A DNA stretch of 63,796 nt, counting the filler, from Octopus bimaculoides (taxonomy: Eukaryota), in NCBI RefSeq assembly GCF_001194135.2. It is 7 parts of 7 records of this genome, joined end to end, with 100 filler letters (N's around TTAATTAATTAA, not from the genome) between each part and the next. Parts side by side here need not be neighbours in the genome. Positions count along the whole stretch, not along the records: positions 24,315 to 42,074 come from NC_069008.1; positions 42,175 to 53,240 come from NC_068983.1; positions 53,341 to 54,468 come from NW_026309846.1; 4 more parts are not named here. One strand, 5' to 3'. Position 1 is the first letter of the stretch. Each line of letters begins with the position of its first letter. The notes under the pieces were generated by a model. The model saw only the letters and a program-made list of their open reading frames with translations. It was not told the origin of the DNA and made no database searches. The position numbers and the translations under genes are program-made. Below are positions 38,892 through 53,541 of this stretch, piece after piece.

Positions 38892-39849
38892 NNNNNNNNN
38901 NNNNNNNNNNNNNNNNNNNNNNNNNNNNNNNNNNNNNNNNNNNNNNNNNNNNNNNNNNNNNNNNNNNNNNNNNNNNNNNNNNNNNNNNNNNNNNNNNNNN
39001 NNNNNNNNNNNNNNNNNNNNNNNNNNNNNNNNNNNNNNNNNNNNNNNNNNNNNNNNNNNNNNNNNNNNNNNNNNNNNNNNNNNNNNNNNNNNNNNNNNNN
39101 NNNNNNNNNNNNNNNNNNNNNNNNNNNNNNNNNNNNNNNNNNNNNNNNNNNNNNNNNNNNNNNNNNNNNNNNNNNNNNNNNNNNNNNNNNNNNNNNNNNN
39201 NNNNNNNNNNNNNNNNNNNNNNNNNNNNNNNNNNNNNNNNNNNNNNNNNNNNNNNNNNNNNNNNNNNNNNNNNNNNNNNNNNNNNNNNNNNNNNNNNNNN
39301 NNNNNNNNNNNNNNNNNNNNNNNNNNNNNNNNNNNNNNNNNNNNNNNNNNNNNNNNNNNNNNNNNNNNNNNNNNNNNNNNNNNNNNNNNNNNNNNNNNNN
39401 NNNNNNNNNNNNNNNNNNNNNNNNNNNNNNNNNNNNNNNNNNNNNNNNNNNNNNNNNNNNNNNNNNNNNNNNNNNNNNNNNNNNNNNNNNNNNNNNNNNN
39501 NNNNNNNNNNNNNNNNNNNNNNNNNNNNNNNNNNNNNNNNNNNNNNNNNNNNNNNNNNNNNNNNNNNNNNNNNNNAATATATTAAAAGCTTTAACCAGTT
39601 CGACGGTTTCCACAGATTTTCGAAAAGTTCAAATAGAAAGATGCAACTAAATAGTCAGAAGTAACTAGACAACTGCAACATCTTTCTATTTGAACTTTTT
39701 GAAAATCAGTGGAAACTGTGAAACCGGTTGAAGCTTTTAATATATTAATAATAAAAAATATTTTAACTATTCTCAGTGCATTTTCAACTTCTTATTTTCC
39801 TATATACACACACACACATATATATTTATATACACATACATATATATAT

Positions 39850-39881
<32 letters not shown>

Positions 39882-40094
39882 GTATATACACACACCTACA
39901 CATACGGACACATATGTGTTGACAGGTGTGTGTATGTGTGTGTCAATACAAAAATGTACTTCCACTATACATACAGTGTGTATATGTATGTGTGTGGATG
40001 TGTATGTATATATTTATATTTACATGTATGTGTGTGTGTATATATATATATACATGCATGTGTGTGTATATATATACATGTATGTATGTATATA

Positions 40095-40136
<42 letters not shown>

Positions 40137-40780
40137 AGTATATATATATAAATATATGTATATATATGTATGTATGTTAATGTATATATGCACTTGTGTG
40201 TGTGTGTGTGTGTGAATGTGTGTGTAGAACATTAGAAAGAGAGGAAGAAGGAGAGAGGGGGGGAGAGCATTGTATTTGAAGGTTTCCAGGTAANNNNNNN
40301 NNNNNNNNNNNNNNNNNNNNNNNNNNNNNNNNNNNNNNNNNNNNNNNNNNNNNNNNNNNNNNNNNNNNNNNNNNNNNNNNNNNNNNNNNNNNNNNNNNNN
40401 NNNNNNNNNNNNNNNNNNNNNNNNNNNNNNNNNNNNNNNNNNNNNNNNNNNNNNNNNNNNNNNNNNNNNNNNNNNNNNNNNNNNNNNNNNNNNNNNNNNN
40501 NNNNNNNNNNNNNNNNNNNNNNNNNNNNNNNNNNNNNNNNNNNNNNNNNNNNNNNNNNNNNNNNNNNNNNNNNNNNNNNNNNNNNNNNNNNNNNNNNNNN
40601 NNNNNNNNNNNNNNNNNNNNNNNNNNNNNNNNNNNNNNNNNNNNNNNNNNNNNNNNNNNNNNNNNNNNNNNNNNNNNNNNNNNNNNNNNNNNNNNNNNNN
40701 NNNNNNNNNNNNNNNNNNNNNNNNNNNNNNNNNNNNNNNNNNNNACTTATATATATATATATATATATATGTATATTATA

Positions 40781-41023
40781 CAGGGTGGGCCAAAAGTAGG
40801 TAAACACTTTTAAAATTGACTTATTTGTTTTTTACAGGTACCGTTTATAATGTGCTGTGTTACAGTGTTCTGGGACGTTTGATGAATGTTCCCATGTTGA
40901 AGGAGGACATTTCGACCATTTACGAGGTTAAACTGTGTTTCATAAATGAAATTGTAATAAATGAATGTAAAAATAATAAAATGAAAGAATTTCAATGTGT
41001 ATAGCTACTTTTGGCTCACCCTG
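40781..41023 (+). mobile_element. 243-bp Tc1/mariner MITE with TA duplication
   Basis: TA-CAGGGTGGGCCAAAAGTAG...CTACTTTTGGCTCACCCTG-TA; internal ..VEGGHFDHLRG* transposase C-terminus. Confidence 0.9.
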
Positions 41024-41396
41024 TATGTATGAGGAAGAGAGAGAGAGAGGGAGAGGGAGAGAGACAGACAGACAGATACATCTAGAAGTATAGTGAAAGA
41101 GAGATGTAGGTTACGTTAGTGAAACAAAGATTATGCGGGTGGGGAGAGACTTATGTTGACTTATATACTGGCTGGACATAGGTAGAGGGGGTGATAGTCA
41201 TGTTGGGAGTGGGGATTTTGTGAATGATACCACTCCTGACTGATGTTTTTTTCAAATACCAAAACCTCTTACGCCCCACCCTCCAACCACCACCACCAAC
41301 ACCGACTTTACAACACTTCATGTATGTGTGTGTTATTGACAAATGAGTGTGTTTAACATCTTGTTCAGAGCACATGTGTGTGTGTGTATGTGCATA

Positions 41397-41451
<55 letters not shown>

Positions 41452-41511
41452 ACATACACACACACATATCTATGTGAGTGTATATGTATAAAGACATTTT
41501 TTTACATCCTT

Positions 41512-41975
41512 GTACCTGTTTGCCATTTGACTGTGGTCATGCTGGAGCATCGCCTGTGGTCGAACAAAGCGACCCCAGGACTTATTCTTTGTAAGCCTAG
41601 TACTTGATCTTTCAGTCTCTTTTGCCGAACCGCTAAGTTCCAGGGACGTAAACACACCAACATCGGTTCTCAAGCGATGGTTGGGAGTCTTGAATTCAGG
41701 TTAGAAACTGGCTGTTTATTGGTAAGAAATCTTGAAATTAAACTGAACATTGACATACATAAATAAATAAATAAATAAATAAATAAATACACACACGCAC
41801 ACACACACATTTATATAATACATCCCTCTAAAATTTCAGGCCAGTTTTCATCTGCCAAATCCACCCAGAAGGCTTTGGTTAGCCCGAAGCTATAATAGAA
41901 AAGACACTTGCCCAAGGTGCCATACCACAGGACCGAACCAGGAGCCATGTAGTTCGGAGACCAGCTCCCTACCGC
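41512..41975 (-). mobile_element. SINE family A, degenerate and split
   Basis: 3' half at 41512-41685, 5' half at 41845-41975. Confidence 0.8.
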
Positions 41976-42174
41976 CCACACGCCTATGTACATATGGGAC
42001 GCGATCGTTAAGCTCTGGTTAAGACAGTTGTGCAAATAAGAAGTGAATACACAAAGGTACGCGAGTACAGAATTNNNNNNNNNNNNNNNNNNNNNNNNNN
42101 NNNNNNNNNNNNNNNNNNTTAATTAATTAANNNNNNNNNNNNNNNNNNNNNNNNNNNNNNNNNNNNNNNNNNNN

Positions 42175-42212
<38 letters not shown>

Positions 42213-42245
42213 TTTGTATATATGTATGTATGCATGTATATTTAT

Positions 42246-42500
42246 CCGTCTGTTCCTTGCTTCAGTGGAGTCTGTGGTATTGTACGGGTCTGAAATTTGG
42301 ACACTGACCAAGAAATTCACTCAGATATGGACGGCTGCTAGACCGAAGTGGTGAGGATGGCTTTGAGCATCAATCAGTGTACACTGAGAATGAAAAACTC
42401 AGTACTGTACGCGAGCTTCGCAATACATACTTCACATGTACAGAAGAGACTTAGGTTAGCTGAATATGCTCACCGTCATTAAGATTTGATACTGCACTAG
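42246..42500 (+). mobile_element. RTE-X-like LINE post-RT fragment
   Basis: RLFLASVESVVLYGSEIWTLTKK..MDGC*TEVVRMALSI..LRLA. Confidence 0.8.
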
Positions 42501-42685
42501 GTCATGCGCTCATATATGTATGTATGTATGCATGTATGTAATGTATGTATGTATGTATGTATGTGTGTATGTATGTACGTGTATGTATATATATATATAT
42601 ATATATATACAGAGATAGTCAGATGTACATATGTACGTATAAGTATCTATAACAATATATCTATATCTATACATACATACAGACA

Positions 42686-42743
<58 letters not shown>

Positions 42744-44052
42744 GGTATATATACATATACGTATGTACACACACGTGCACATAGCACACACGTACACGCA
42801 TACACATATATATGCATACCAAAGTATATATGTATATATATGTACGTGTACTTACGTAAACATATATGTATGCATGCATGTACATATATGTATGTACATA
42901 TACACACACATACCCACACACACACGCATACATGCACAAAGACTATTCTGTGTACGTGCTACTTGCAACAATTGAACAGTCGAAATTGTATGGACTATTG
43001 TAAAATATGTATTACTTTTAATTAATTTCTAGGGACAATCACAATATAACCTTTTGTAACAACCGTGGCAAATGCATGAAAATAACAACAACTAAGATAC
43101 ATTGCAGCAATGAAATATTTCTAGGCTACATATATCTAGGACAACTACAGTCTAATATAGTAAGAAGACTGAATAGTTGTATTAATATATTTAACAGAGA
43201 CTATCAGCACGAACGTGAGGGATGGTGAAAAAGAATTCTCAGTCGTAATGTTGCGAGTCGCAAAGCGTTTCTTTTAGCGGCTCTTTGAAGAACAAGGCTT
43301 TGGAATGAAAAATATCAGCGAAGAACGGGAATTAGTGGCGGGCATTGTTCACTCTACAAAATATGCATTTGGTAAAATTTAACCGAAACTTTTGTTTGCT
43401 GGAGGTTCTAGCGATTACTATAATAGTAGAATGTGTTAGAGCCCGGAAAACCGATTTTAAGGAAGTTTACAATACTATAAGCAATAAAAACCAAATTGTT
43501 TTACTTTTTTTTTATCCAACTATCTTAATTAATGTAGTACTCAGTTCACATTTTGTCAGTAGATATAGGCCATCATCCGATCACGACTAGAACATTTAAT
43601 TCAATAGCTTTATAGTCAGATCTAACTAGGAACTAAACTGCAGAAACATATATATTTATTGTCTACAGATGAGATCCAGACATTCTCCGTATGGGCATAG
43701 TGCTCAAATGATTCAAACTTAGACTCCGATGTCTTTATAAGGAATTGATTCTACAAGTTAAAGAGAGGCTATAAGAAGGATCAGGTTGAGCGGGGATAGA
43801 GGCAATTATGAGGATCAAAAATAGACACATTATACGTATTAAAAAGGTGGAGATCTTCAGATAATGAATTTTTAATTATAAATACGTAGATATTTACGTT
43901 AATAGGTCCAGCTCACACAGAGTACAAACGACAGAAAATTAAAGGGGCGGACGAAAAGTATTATAAATCCGTCTCTAACCCAATGTCGGAGGATCGTCTT
44001 ATCCAATGTTAATTGGACAAACATGGCTGCATATTCTAATATAGCATATTCT

Positions 44053-44133
44053 ACTGTCTTCTACTATAGCCTCGGGTCGACCAAAGACGTCAGTGGATTT
44101 GGTAGACGGAAACTGAAAGAAGCCCGTCGCATG

Positions 44134-44206
<73 letters not shown>

Positions 44207-44420
44207 CTGTGTGTCTGTGTTTTTCCCCCCACCCAACATCGCTTGACAACCTATGCTGGTGTGTTTATGTGCCCGTAACTTAGCGGTTCGGCAAAAGCGT
44301 CCGATAGAATATGTACTAGGCTTACAAAGAATAAGTCCTGGGGTCGATTTGCTCGACTAAAGGCGGTGCTCCAGCATGGCCACAGTCAAATGACTGAAAC
44401 AAAAAAAAAAGAGTAAAAGA
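44053..44420 (+). mobile_element. SINE family A lacking the tRNA head
   Basis: Starts at tgtcttctactatagcctcggg. Confidence 0.92.
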
Positions 44421-44732
44421 GTATGTGTAAGCTGGACTTATTAATACAGATATCTATATATTTAAACTTAAACGTTAATCATCTGAAAGTCTTCCCCTGT
44501 TACTTTCTCTCGACTTGCATGTATACGTATATACATATTTTGTATTTCATACCTAAACTATTATATTTAATATATTTAATTTATTTAATGTGTCTAATTT
44601 GTTTATGCACATAATTACCTGCATATGTGTGTGTGTGCGTATATACATGTGTGTCTATACGAATGCGCGTGTGTATGTTAGCATATAACTATGCACGCAT
44701 TTGTGATTTATGCTTTCCTTTTTCCTTTGCAG

Positions 44733-44758
44733 AATTCAAACCATTCACTAACAAAATG
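44733..44758 (+). CDS. Candidate 26-nt micro-exon ending in a start codon (ATG 44756-44758)
   Basis: tttcctttttcctttgcag|AATTCAAACCATTCACTAACAAAATG|gtaagt: consensus acceptor and donor, AAAATG context. Confidence 0.5.
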
Positions 44759-44760
44759 GT

Positions 44761-45156
44761 AAGTTCCAATTTCTTAATTTTAGAACGCTTTTTTTGTTTG
44801 GTGAATATGTCTATCAGTGTATTCATATATTAGGCACATGTGTTGATAAGCATGCATTTAAGTTCCAATTTCTTAATTTTAGAACGCTTTTTTTGTTTGG
44901 TGAATATGTCTATCAGTGTATTCATATATTAGGCACATGTGTTGATAAGCATGCATTTAAGTTCCAATTTTTTAATTTTAGAACGCTTTTTTTGTTTGGT
45001 GAATATGTCTATCAGTGTATTCATATATTAGGCACATGTGTTGATAAGCATGCATTTAAGTTCCAATTTCTTAATTTTAGAACACTTTTTTTGTTTGGTG
45101 AATATGTCTATTAGTGTATTCATATATTAGGCACATGTGTTGATAAGCATGCATTT
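44761..45156. repeat. Minisatellite, 4 x 99 bp, near-identical units
   Basis: Units start at 44761, 44860, 44959 and 45058. Confidence 0.97.
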
Positions 45157-45429
45157 ACGTACTATGCTTGTCGCAAGTATTTTCTTTAATACTGAACATG
45201 TCTACTTGTGTAATTTTCTCAGTACGTCATGTGTATTATGCATATTTGATTTCTGTGCATTTTTTCAATCCCCACAGTATCGTCTTCATGGGAAATAAGT
45301 GGAATTATTTAAATATTTTCATTATATCAATAATTATATATACTTTTTCGTCTTTTACAAGATTCTTTTGTTGCATACTCCAGTACCTATGATAATAAAA
45401 ATATAAATATATCATCGGTATATTACAAG

Positions 45430-46040
45430 TGTTAGCTTCTCGTTAGCTTTCCATAGAATGGCCCCTTTGATGGGAACATTTACATCCGCAGGGCAGATGA
45501 TATCTTCAGTAGAGTACAGATTTTAATCCCTGTTTAGTAAAATCTCATCTGGCATATTTGGAGTATACAGAGATATTCTTCCTACCTGAATGACATATGG
45601 TATTCTTTAGTTAAAATGTGTTATTACTTTTTTCTTTGAGAATAGGAAGCTGGACAATAATTTCTATAGAAAGCATTGCAGATAACTTTAGATATAACGT
45701 CATATCTCATGAGAAGTTTGTTGCAGATATTGTTGGACAGTTGCAGCATATGGCATTGATATTCTACTCATCGAAATGGCATAAATCAAATTTTCCGTCA
45801 CAGATTAGAAGTATAGGGAAACAATTTCCTCATTAACTGATCCATATCTATTTTCTTTCCTTGGACAGAAAATCTAAGCCTTCTACAGGTATAGCGTCTA
45901 TCGTTGTGCTGCATGTTCTTTATTCTTCACGCATTTCTTTTTGCCCATAAGCACTCGCTGCTTATCCATTTAATGGTGGCGGTTCCAATTCCGTTTTATT
46001 AATATTTTCCGTGTATAGCTTGTAAATTCGTTTCACTACT
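45430..46040 (-). mobile_element. RLE-type non-LTR retrotransposon fragment 4 (CCHC knuckle plus nuclease), decayed
   Basis: VEG..FSVQGKKI..LMRK; DLCHFDE*NINAICCNCP; MRYDVISKVICNAF; PDEILLNRD*..IICPADVNVPIK. Confidence 0.7.
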
Positions 46041-46150
46041 TATTTGTAGCTATTTACCGCTCAGTATTGGGTGTTACTTGTGCATTTGTATATATAACCA
46101 TTAAACTGGAAACCAAGTGAATATTGATAACATGTATGGCGCTCTAACTG

Positions 46151-46181
<31 letters not shown>

Positions 46182-49100
46182 TGTATATATGCATGCATTT
46201 GTATATGTATGTATGTACTACGTATGTATGTATGTATGTATGTATGTATGTAGGTATGTATAATGTTCAGAATTTGTCTACGATCACAATTCGAAGAAAG
46301 TAAATCAATCAACGTTTATTTAAACTACTTTTACCTTTCTCCCCTATCTCTTCACCTTTCTCTTTCGCTCTCCCAACCGCCATATAGAAAAGTGTATATA
46401 CATGTTCTGTGGGTGTGTATACAACTACGTGTGTTTGTGTACGGTTTTTTCAGAAAAAAGTATACACTAATCTGTTCGTGCATTTACTATATCGCGAATT
46501 TTATGGTCGGTAGGAAGAACATAAATATTTTAATTTCATTTACATCATCGCCAATATATATATGTAGTACCATATTGATCACCAAGATTCAATTAAAATG
46601 GCTACATACGACAACTCGTTAATAACACAGCATAAAACGTGTTTACCAAAATAACTCGTTATGAAACTGTTCACCTTCGAAGAATTGTTTGTGATGGCAT
46701 CTGAAAGAACAGCTTTCATTTCAAGTTCATTATTTCCGCCAAGGAATTAGAGGCGCCGCTTATTAGTACAGTTGGAATGGAATTACCGGACTTTTTCTCA
46801 ATTAATCCAGCCGTATGGTTTCATGTTATAAAGTAAGAAATACTTTTAAGCTTTCGGTTACATGCAACATGATATAGACTAAGGTCACATTCTGCCAGAC
46901 CTCACTGCAACAGATTAAATTATAAAATTATAACTATTATTATTCAAGGCAGAATGGAAGAGTTTATAGTTCATTAGCTCTCAGAGCTACCGAGGCAAAT
47001 ACAACAACTGTGAGAATATAGTGTTTCAGAACACCATATTTTCGGCAACTTCATCAGTAACCTCATCCGGAGGAAGATCAGGTTACTCCCGTTACTCTGG
47101 TTACACCAGAGGATTTCAGTTTGGATTTCAGTCTAATTAGACAAGCACTGTACACAAGATTTGCCTTTTGAATGATTCCACAAGAACAGGTTTTAATTAT
47201 TTGCAACATTCAAATACCGAAAAACATGACAAAACTGCCGTGATTAAGCTAACCAGATACACAGCGGTCATACATGTCCATAGAGGTGAATCTGTCGGAA
47301 GACGAGTATTACAGTGTACAAATGCTGGCACAACTAGATATTAGGCACTTATGCTCGAAATTGCAAGCCATTTTGCTCATACAACAAGAGCAGTACATCG
47401 ACAAGTATCCGGATGTACATTCAATTATAACATTTGGAAGACACATGTGCCACGTTTTCTATGCTATAGACAAACGGATAAGTACACAGTGCATTAACTA
47501 TTTGTCCTGTAGTGCTGCAATTATTGTTCTGGGCGCAAATTGAATGTTAAGGTTTACGTATGAACAAAGATCATAAGGTTAGACATTGGCTTGAGTCGAT
47601 TTGGTGCACCAGCATGACCGCAGCCACTTGGCTGAAACACATAAATAAATAAATAAATAAATAAATAGCTGACGTTTCTCAGTCTACAGTAGAATTGTTT
47701 TCCGACAGCCTTTTAAAGACTCACTCCAGAGACTGAATCTCTTATAATATTTTTATTTAGCGTTCTGTGATAAAAATACATCATGGTCTTCGTCATTTAA
47801 TATTACATCATTGCGAATAATTCCATCTATGATAACGTTTTAATAAGATATCCCCACACACACACCAACACACACAATTATGATGATCATCATCTGAGAG
47901 ATTACATGTGAGATGATCAAAGGTATAATTGAAGTTGAACAGTTTTACGTCGAAAATATGTACATTTCAATTTGAGTTAAGGGAATGATAAGAGATGAAA
48001 TTTCCGACCGGAAAGAATATTCATCTCAAATGTTTGACAGATTTATTCTATTGGATACAAAAATGTTACTGAATTCCTATGAAAAATATAGGTAAAAATA
48101 TTTTATTAATGCTTACAAACAATTAAATATTACATAATATAAATATAGAAACTCCGGTATACCAAAACATATAATGTCTATGAACAAAGTAATTATAACA
48201 AAATCATCACGATTTGTTAGTTTTGTTTATGAAAATATCTGTTCAAGAGACTAAAATAGTAATACCAAATATAAAAACGTATTGTACCAAGTGTAAATAC
48301 TTCTCATGAAAGTTAGTTCTTTTTACGCTATCATAAATATCAAGAGATAATTTTGAGAGCAAATTTTTATAGAGCTGATAATTAAGATTATAAGACAGAT
48401 CTATTGAAAAAATATCATAAGTCAATAATTGTGAAAATAGATTCAATTATGTTTTCGGGCTTTATATTTTTACATTCAATATTTAGTTACTTGGATTAAT
48501 AGAATATTTAACGTCAATTCACCTTTCTGCAAAATTGCCACTTCATTGGCTGTATACATTTTAATTTGTAATATACTCAATTACACAAATTCGTTTTTAA
48601 ATAAAAATTATTGCTAATGTAAATAAAATGTAAACATTACACTTAAAGTATTAAACAGACATAACAATTAGAATTTCAAAGGGGATGGTATACTGATACT
48701 TGATTATTTTCAAATTAATTACCTAATTACTAAATACATTTTAGAAACAAAAAAACTTTGTATTTGAAAGAATAATTTGTACACGTCAAATCAAATCGCT
48801 AACAACTAATTAGTATAAGACAATAGTTTATTTTAATAATTAAACGGCTGCGATATTTTAATATGTGAGAACGAGTAAATTTTCCAGGATACAATGCTAA
48901 GACGCCATTCAATTTGGCAGAACGGATTGATAACGGATTCCATGAAATATTAATTATATGAAATCATAAAATTAAAAAAATACTAACGTAGTAAGTACAA
49001 AATTAAATTTTACATTCATATTAGACATTTGTAATAATAATATAAATAATTAAATTTGTATTTGTAATTGATACAAATAAAGAAATTAAACACATGTGCA

Positions 49101-52100
49101 CATATATATCATAACACTAATACATGTGTATTTCTGCATACAAGTGAAACCATTATACTTACGTAGCGAAATCAAAGCGAGTTACATTCAATTAAATGAT
49201 TAGACACTGAAATAAATTACAATTTATATCAAAATGTTGTATAGTTGAAAAGAAAGAAGCTAATAAAATAGATTAATTTAATTGTAGGAAAGAATAAATG
49301 AATTATATTTTAATGAAATATAATTTCAAAGAATACACGGATTCAGAATAAAAGAAAGGAAAGTATACAACAAAAATGATGTCGAGAAAAAAAATTATTT
49401 AAAAGTATTTCAAAGATCTACGTAATACATGCAGATATATATTTCGCTATGAATCACGATATGATATTGGAAAAGATCCTATTAATGGATATATAATTGC
49501 AAAGAGTTCAGATTATGTCAAGAGATGAATACGCATTTTAAAAAGGTAGACACATTTGCAGATAACACAGATTAATGTCCTCATTAATACATTGCCTATT
49601 ATATCATAATATTGCATACAAATATATATCACTATATGGTTTCGCACACTATTTTTGCATTATGTGCAAAGAGACTTTATATTGAAACACATCGTTTATT
49701 TGAATATTTAATGGTATCAATTACTCGCCATAATACTTAACTTTACTTAACGATAGTTGGTAGCAATTTTCCTTTCTCTTTGTCAGCATTTTTACTTGAC
49801 CATTAATGTTAATTCAAGTTTAGTGCAAAAGGTTGCAGGAATAAATAATAGATTTTATTTAAAAATAAAATATTTTCTATGGTGTGTGTGTAAATGTTGC
49901 TTCTGCATTTTCAAATATGCTTCAATCTTTGTACGTCATCTCTATATTTTCTCACATAAATTATTTGCATGATGAATGTGTTTAATTTGAAGACAATACA
50001 CTTACGTTATTTTATGATAGAAAACTATTTGTTTTACTGTGAGTAATTTCTACTTGGAAGAGCATGACAACTAAAACCGACATGTTTTCCCCACCTGAGG
50101 TTAAACGTCCATGCAGAATCATATCCCTCTATAACCTTTAACTTCCTGTGTCATCTGATATATCTTTTTGAAATATCTTTGCCGTTCCTTCTTCACGATT
50201 GTCATTCATAAACATGTTTTTTGTAGATTGCCTGAGATTACAACCAAATTCAGTTTTAATGGGTTATACAGATTAACTTTTGTTTGTAATCCTAGAAAAG
50301 TGTTCGGGATCGTGTTGAAATATTTAAAGATATTTTCCTAGCTCTTTTGTTCTGACACATGCCTTTACATTACTTGAAATGTTGATATGAGGCATTGGCT
50401 GAAATTTAATATTCAATGTTGAAATGAATGTTTCTCACATGAACACATTTTAGCCATAGTATATGCAAATAATTTTCTCATTAAAACTTGCTGTGTAACT
50501 TTGTTAAATATGAGGTATTTCAAACAAATCTCAAAAAGAAAGATAGTCATTAAAATTGTATATGGTCAATGACAAATATACATAATCTGAAGTACATATT
50601 TTGGATTATTTTGAATATGAGATTGAAAGTTTGGGGTTTACATTCATGTTGTAGAAATGATAATGCAGAAATACATAGAAGCCAAACTTTTCTTTAATGG
50701 TTTAATGTTGTAGATATGCTCAATATACGTTCAAATAAAATTATTGTTACAAAAAATGCGTAGTTTTATATTTGTGTGAAACATAATGTAAATGAAGCAA
50801 ATCCATTTGCAACAAAAATATTCTAAATGGTATTAACAGTAAAATATAATTTGTATATTTCATCATAATGCGTTGAACATGACATTTTATTATTTCATAT
50901 GCTGTTGAAAGTATCTTCCACAGATCTAATCACAATAAATATTTAATTTTGAAAAAAAAAAACAAAAAAAAAACATATAGCATAAATTTAAAATCAAATG
51001 TACAATAATAAGTTATATTTAGTATAGAAGAGACGAAAATGCAAATAAACTTCATTACGATAAATATTTCACTGCTCCCAATATAGCGAATGCCATACAT
51101 TAAATAATGTAGCGTCGTATTGCTCGGTCATTTGTTAATAGATGCTACAATTTCGGCACATTATAAAGATTGGAAAAAATATTGAAACTATATAGAATTT
51201 GATAAATTGCTGAAAGTAGGAAAATTAAACCATAAATGATTAAAGCAAACATAATTTGACTAAAAAATTAAAAACTAAATTATTATTATTTGTAAGGAGA
51301 TATTACAAAAAGGATAAATTTCAACTAAGTAAGAAATTCAAATAAATTAACGAAACATATGCACACAGTAAGACAGAAACGCTAGTGTATATATACGCAA
51401 TTTGATCAGTCTAATGCACCAAATTACAGGAATATAAATTTCTTTATATCGAATTGTGTACACATAGAGTAATTAGATGAGGAAATAAATTAAAATTTAT
51501 AAGTATAAAACATTTTGAAACATATACAAAGTTAATACATCAAATAATTTAAAAGCAGGAAGTAAAAATGAATTACATAGCAAAATACATTTGAGAGAAA
51601 AGGAAAGCAAAACAAAACAACACGCTCAACACGAAATGGTATGAAGCAGTAACGCAAAATTATAAATGCTAAGAATAAAATTAATTAAAAACAATAAATA
51701 ACGATGTATATCTTACAGGCCTACTTGTATACTTGACAATGTTTGAACTAAAAGTGTGATACATGTGTGTGTGTATATCTGTGTGCGTGTATATGTATAT
51801 ATATACATACATATATATANNNNNNNNNNNNNNNNNNNNNNNNNNNNNNNNNNNNNNNNNNNNNNATATATATATTTATATACATATATATATACATGTA
51901 TATAAATGTATATATATATAAATGTATATGTATAAACACACACACACATATATATGTACACACACACACATATATATGTACACACACACACACACATACA
52001 CACACGCACACACACACAGCCACACATATATATATACAACAAACCTACAGATGCACACATCCTTCTGTACGTCTGTATTTTCGATGTGGGTCTATGTATT

Positions 52101-52659
52101 TATAAATATAGTGATTGCCATTTACATATGTTAGTAATAATATGAAATTATAAAGAAAGGTTTGTATCTATTTGAAAATGAAGAAAAAAGAACAGCATTG
52201 ATTAATGATAATGGCAATATGTTGCGATAAATAAAAAAGAAACGGATGTGAAACAGAATTGAAAATACTTTATTATAAAGACACACTATTGCGTAAACAT
52301 ACATAGATATAATTGTATTTAAATCTGTTGAGTGGATATATACACATCAAAACACAAATGAAAATCTAGAAATAACTTTCACATATCAGTATTATAGAAT
52401 ATTTACTTCCATTAACATTTAATGCCATTTCAGTATATTGTAGTGAACAAGAATGAAATAAAAAGCAAAAGATAAATTTGAAATAGAAAGTAAAAAAGCT
52501 ATTTTACACAACTACTGGTATCGTAACAAAGGAAGTTATGCGCCATGAGGATGAATGATCAACATCATAAATCTCGCTGTATTAAAATGTTATAAAGCAG
52601 CCTTTATAAAAGATTGTGTTGCTATATCACAATCCAAGATCGAAAATGTTTGGTGAAAT

Positions 52660-52805
52660 TATTAAGAAGCTTGGTTCCCAATCACATGGCTCCGGGCTCT
52701 GCTCCACTGCGTGGGACCTTGCGCATGTAAATTTTGCTTAAGTCACGAGCACAGCAGAGTCTTGAGCGCAGATTTGGTAGACGGAAACTGAAAGAAGATA
52801 GTCGC
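52660..52805 (+). mobile_element. SINE family A 5' half, degenerate
   Basis: aagaagcttggttcccaatcacatggctccggg...gatttggtagacggaaactgaaagaag. Confidence 0.8.
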
Positions 52806-53340
52806 ACACACGCACATATATATATGTATATGTATACATATGCGTGTGTGTATATATGTATGTATATATATATATATATATATATGAATATATATGACGA
52901 CCGCTCCATCTTGACAGACGATAGCCATCCCATCAACAATCCACACATATCATCACGCAGTACAATCACTCCGTTGGTGAGCCCTCAAGTGACTTTGAAG
53001 CCCGGCTGCTGAGCGACAAGGTCTACAGCACAGATGACAAATGTTCAAGCCTCTTCATCCTTGCTCGCTGGTATCTGATTCTAAGGAAACGCCTCTGTGA
53101 ACCAGCATATGTATGTTAAGTCCGGGTATTGTTTTACAAACCTTGTGACATATGCCACAGGTCGCAGAAGGCGGTTGGTATTTAGGGTGTCTGGAATTTC
53201 TACCCTCATGTGTTTTCATGTGATTCACATATCCTGCTTTNNNNNNNNNNNNNNNNNNNNNNNNNNNNNNNNNNNNNNNNNNNNTTAATTAATTAANNNN
53301 NNNNNNNNNNNNNNNNNNNNNNNNNNNNNNNNNNNNNNNN

Positions 53341-53541
53341 TGCATACCAGACTCCTCTCTCCACGCCACTGATGTCATCCAAGGGAAAGGCAAAAGCCGA
53401 TGCAGCTTGGCACTGGTGACATCACAAGTTATTTCTACAGCTGACTGAACTGGAGCAACGTGAAATAAAGTGTCTTGCTCAAGAACACAACACGCAGCCC
53501 GGTCCGGGAATCGAACTCACAACCTCCGATCGTAAGCTCGA
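53341..53541 (-). mobile_element. SINE family C (tRNA head plus CORE-like domain)
   Basis: Reverse complement: TGGCTCAGTGGTtaaagc...GAGTTCGATTCCC...gtgttcttgagcaagacactttatttcac. Confidence 0.9.

Noticed and set aside
44794-45114. 106-aa ORF with a 33-aa repeat
   Set aside because: A consequence of the 99-bp minisatellite; starts at GTG and is probably intronic.
44761-45156. CRISPR-like array
   Set aside because: Units are fully repeated with no unique spacers, no cas genes, eukaryotic context.
47035-47062. Minus-strand CUGAUGA-AGUUGCC-GAAA
   Set aside because: Cannot form stem II or stem III.
52900-53240. Possible RTE 5' region or HDV-like ribozyme
   Set aside because: Only a vague resemblance; I could not build the nested double pseudoknot by eye.
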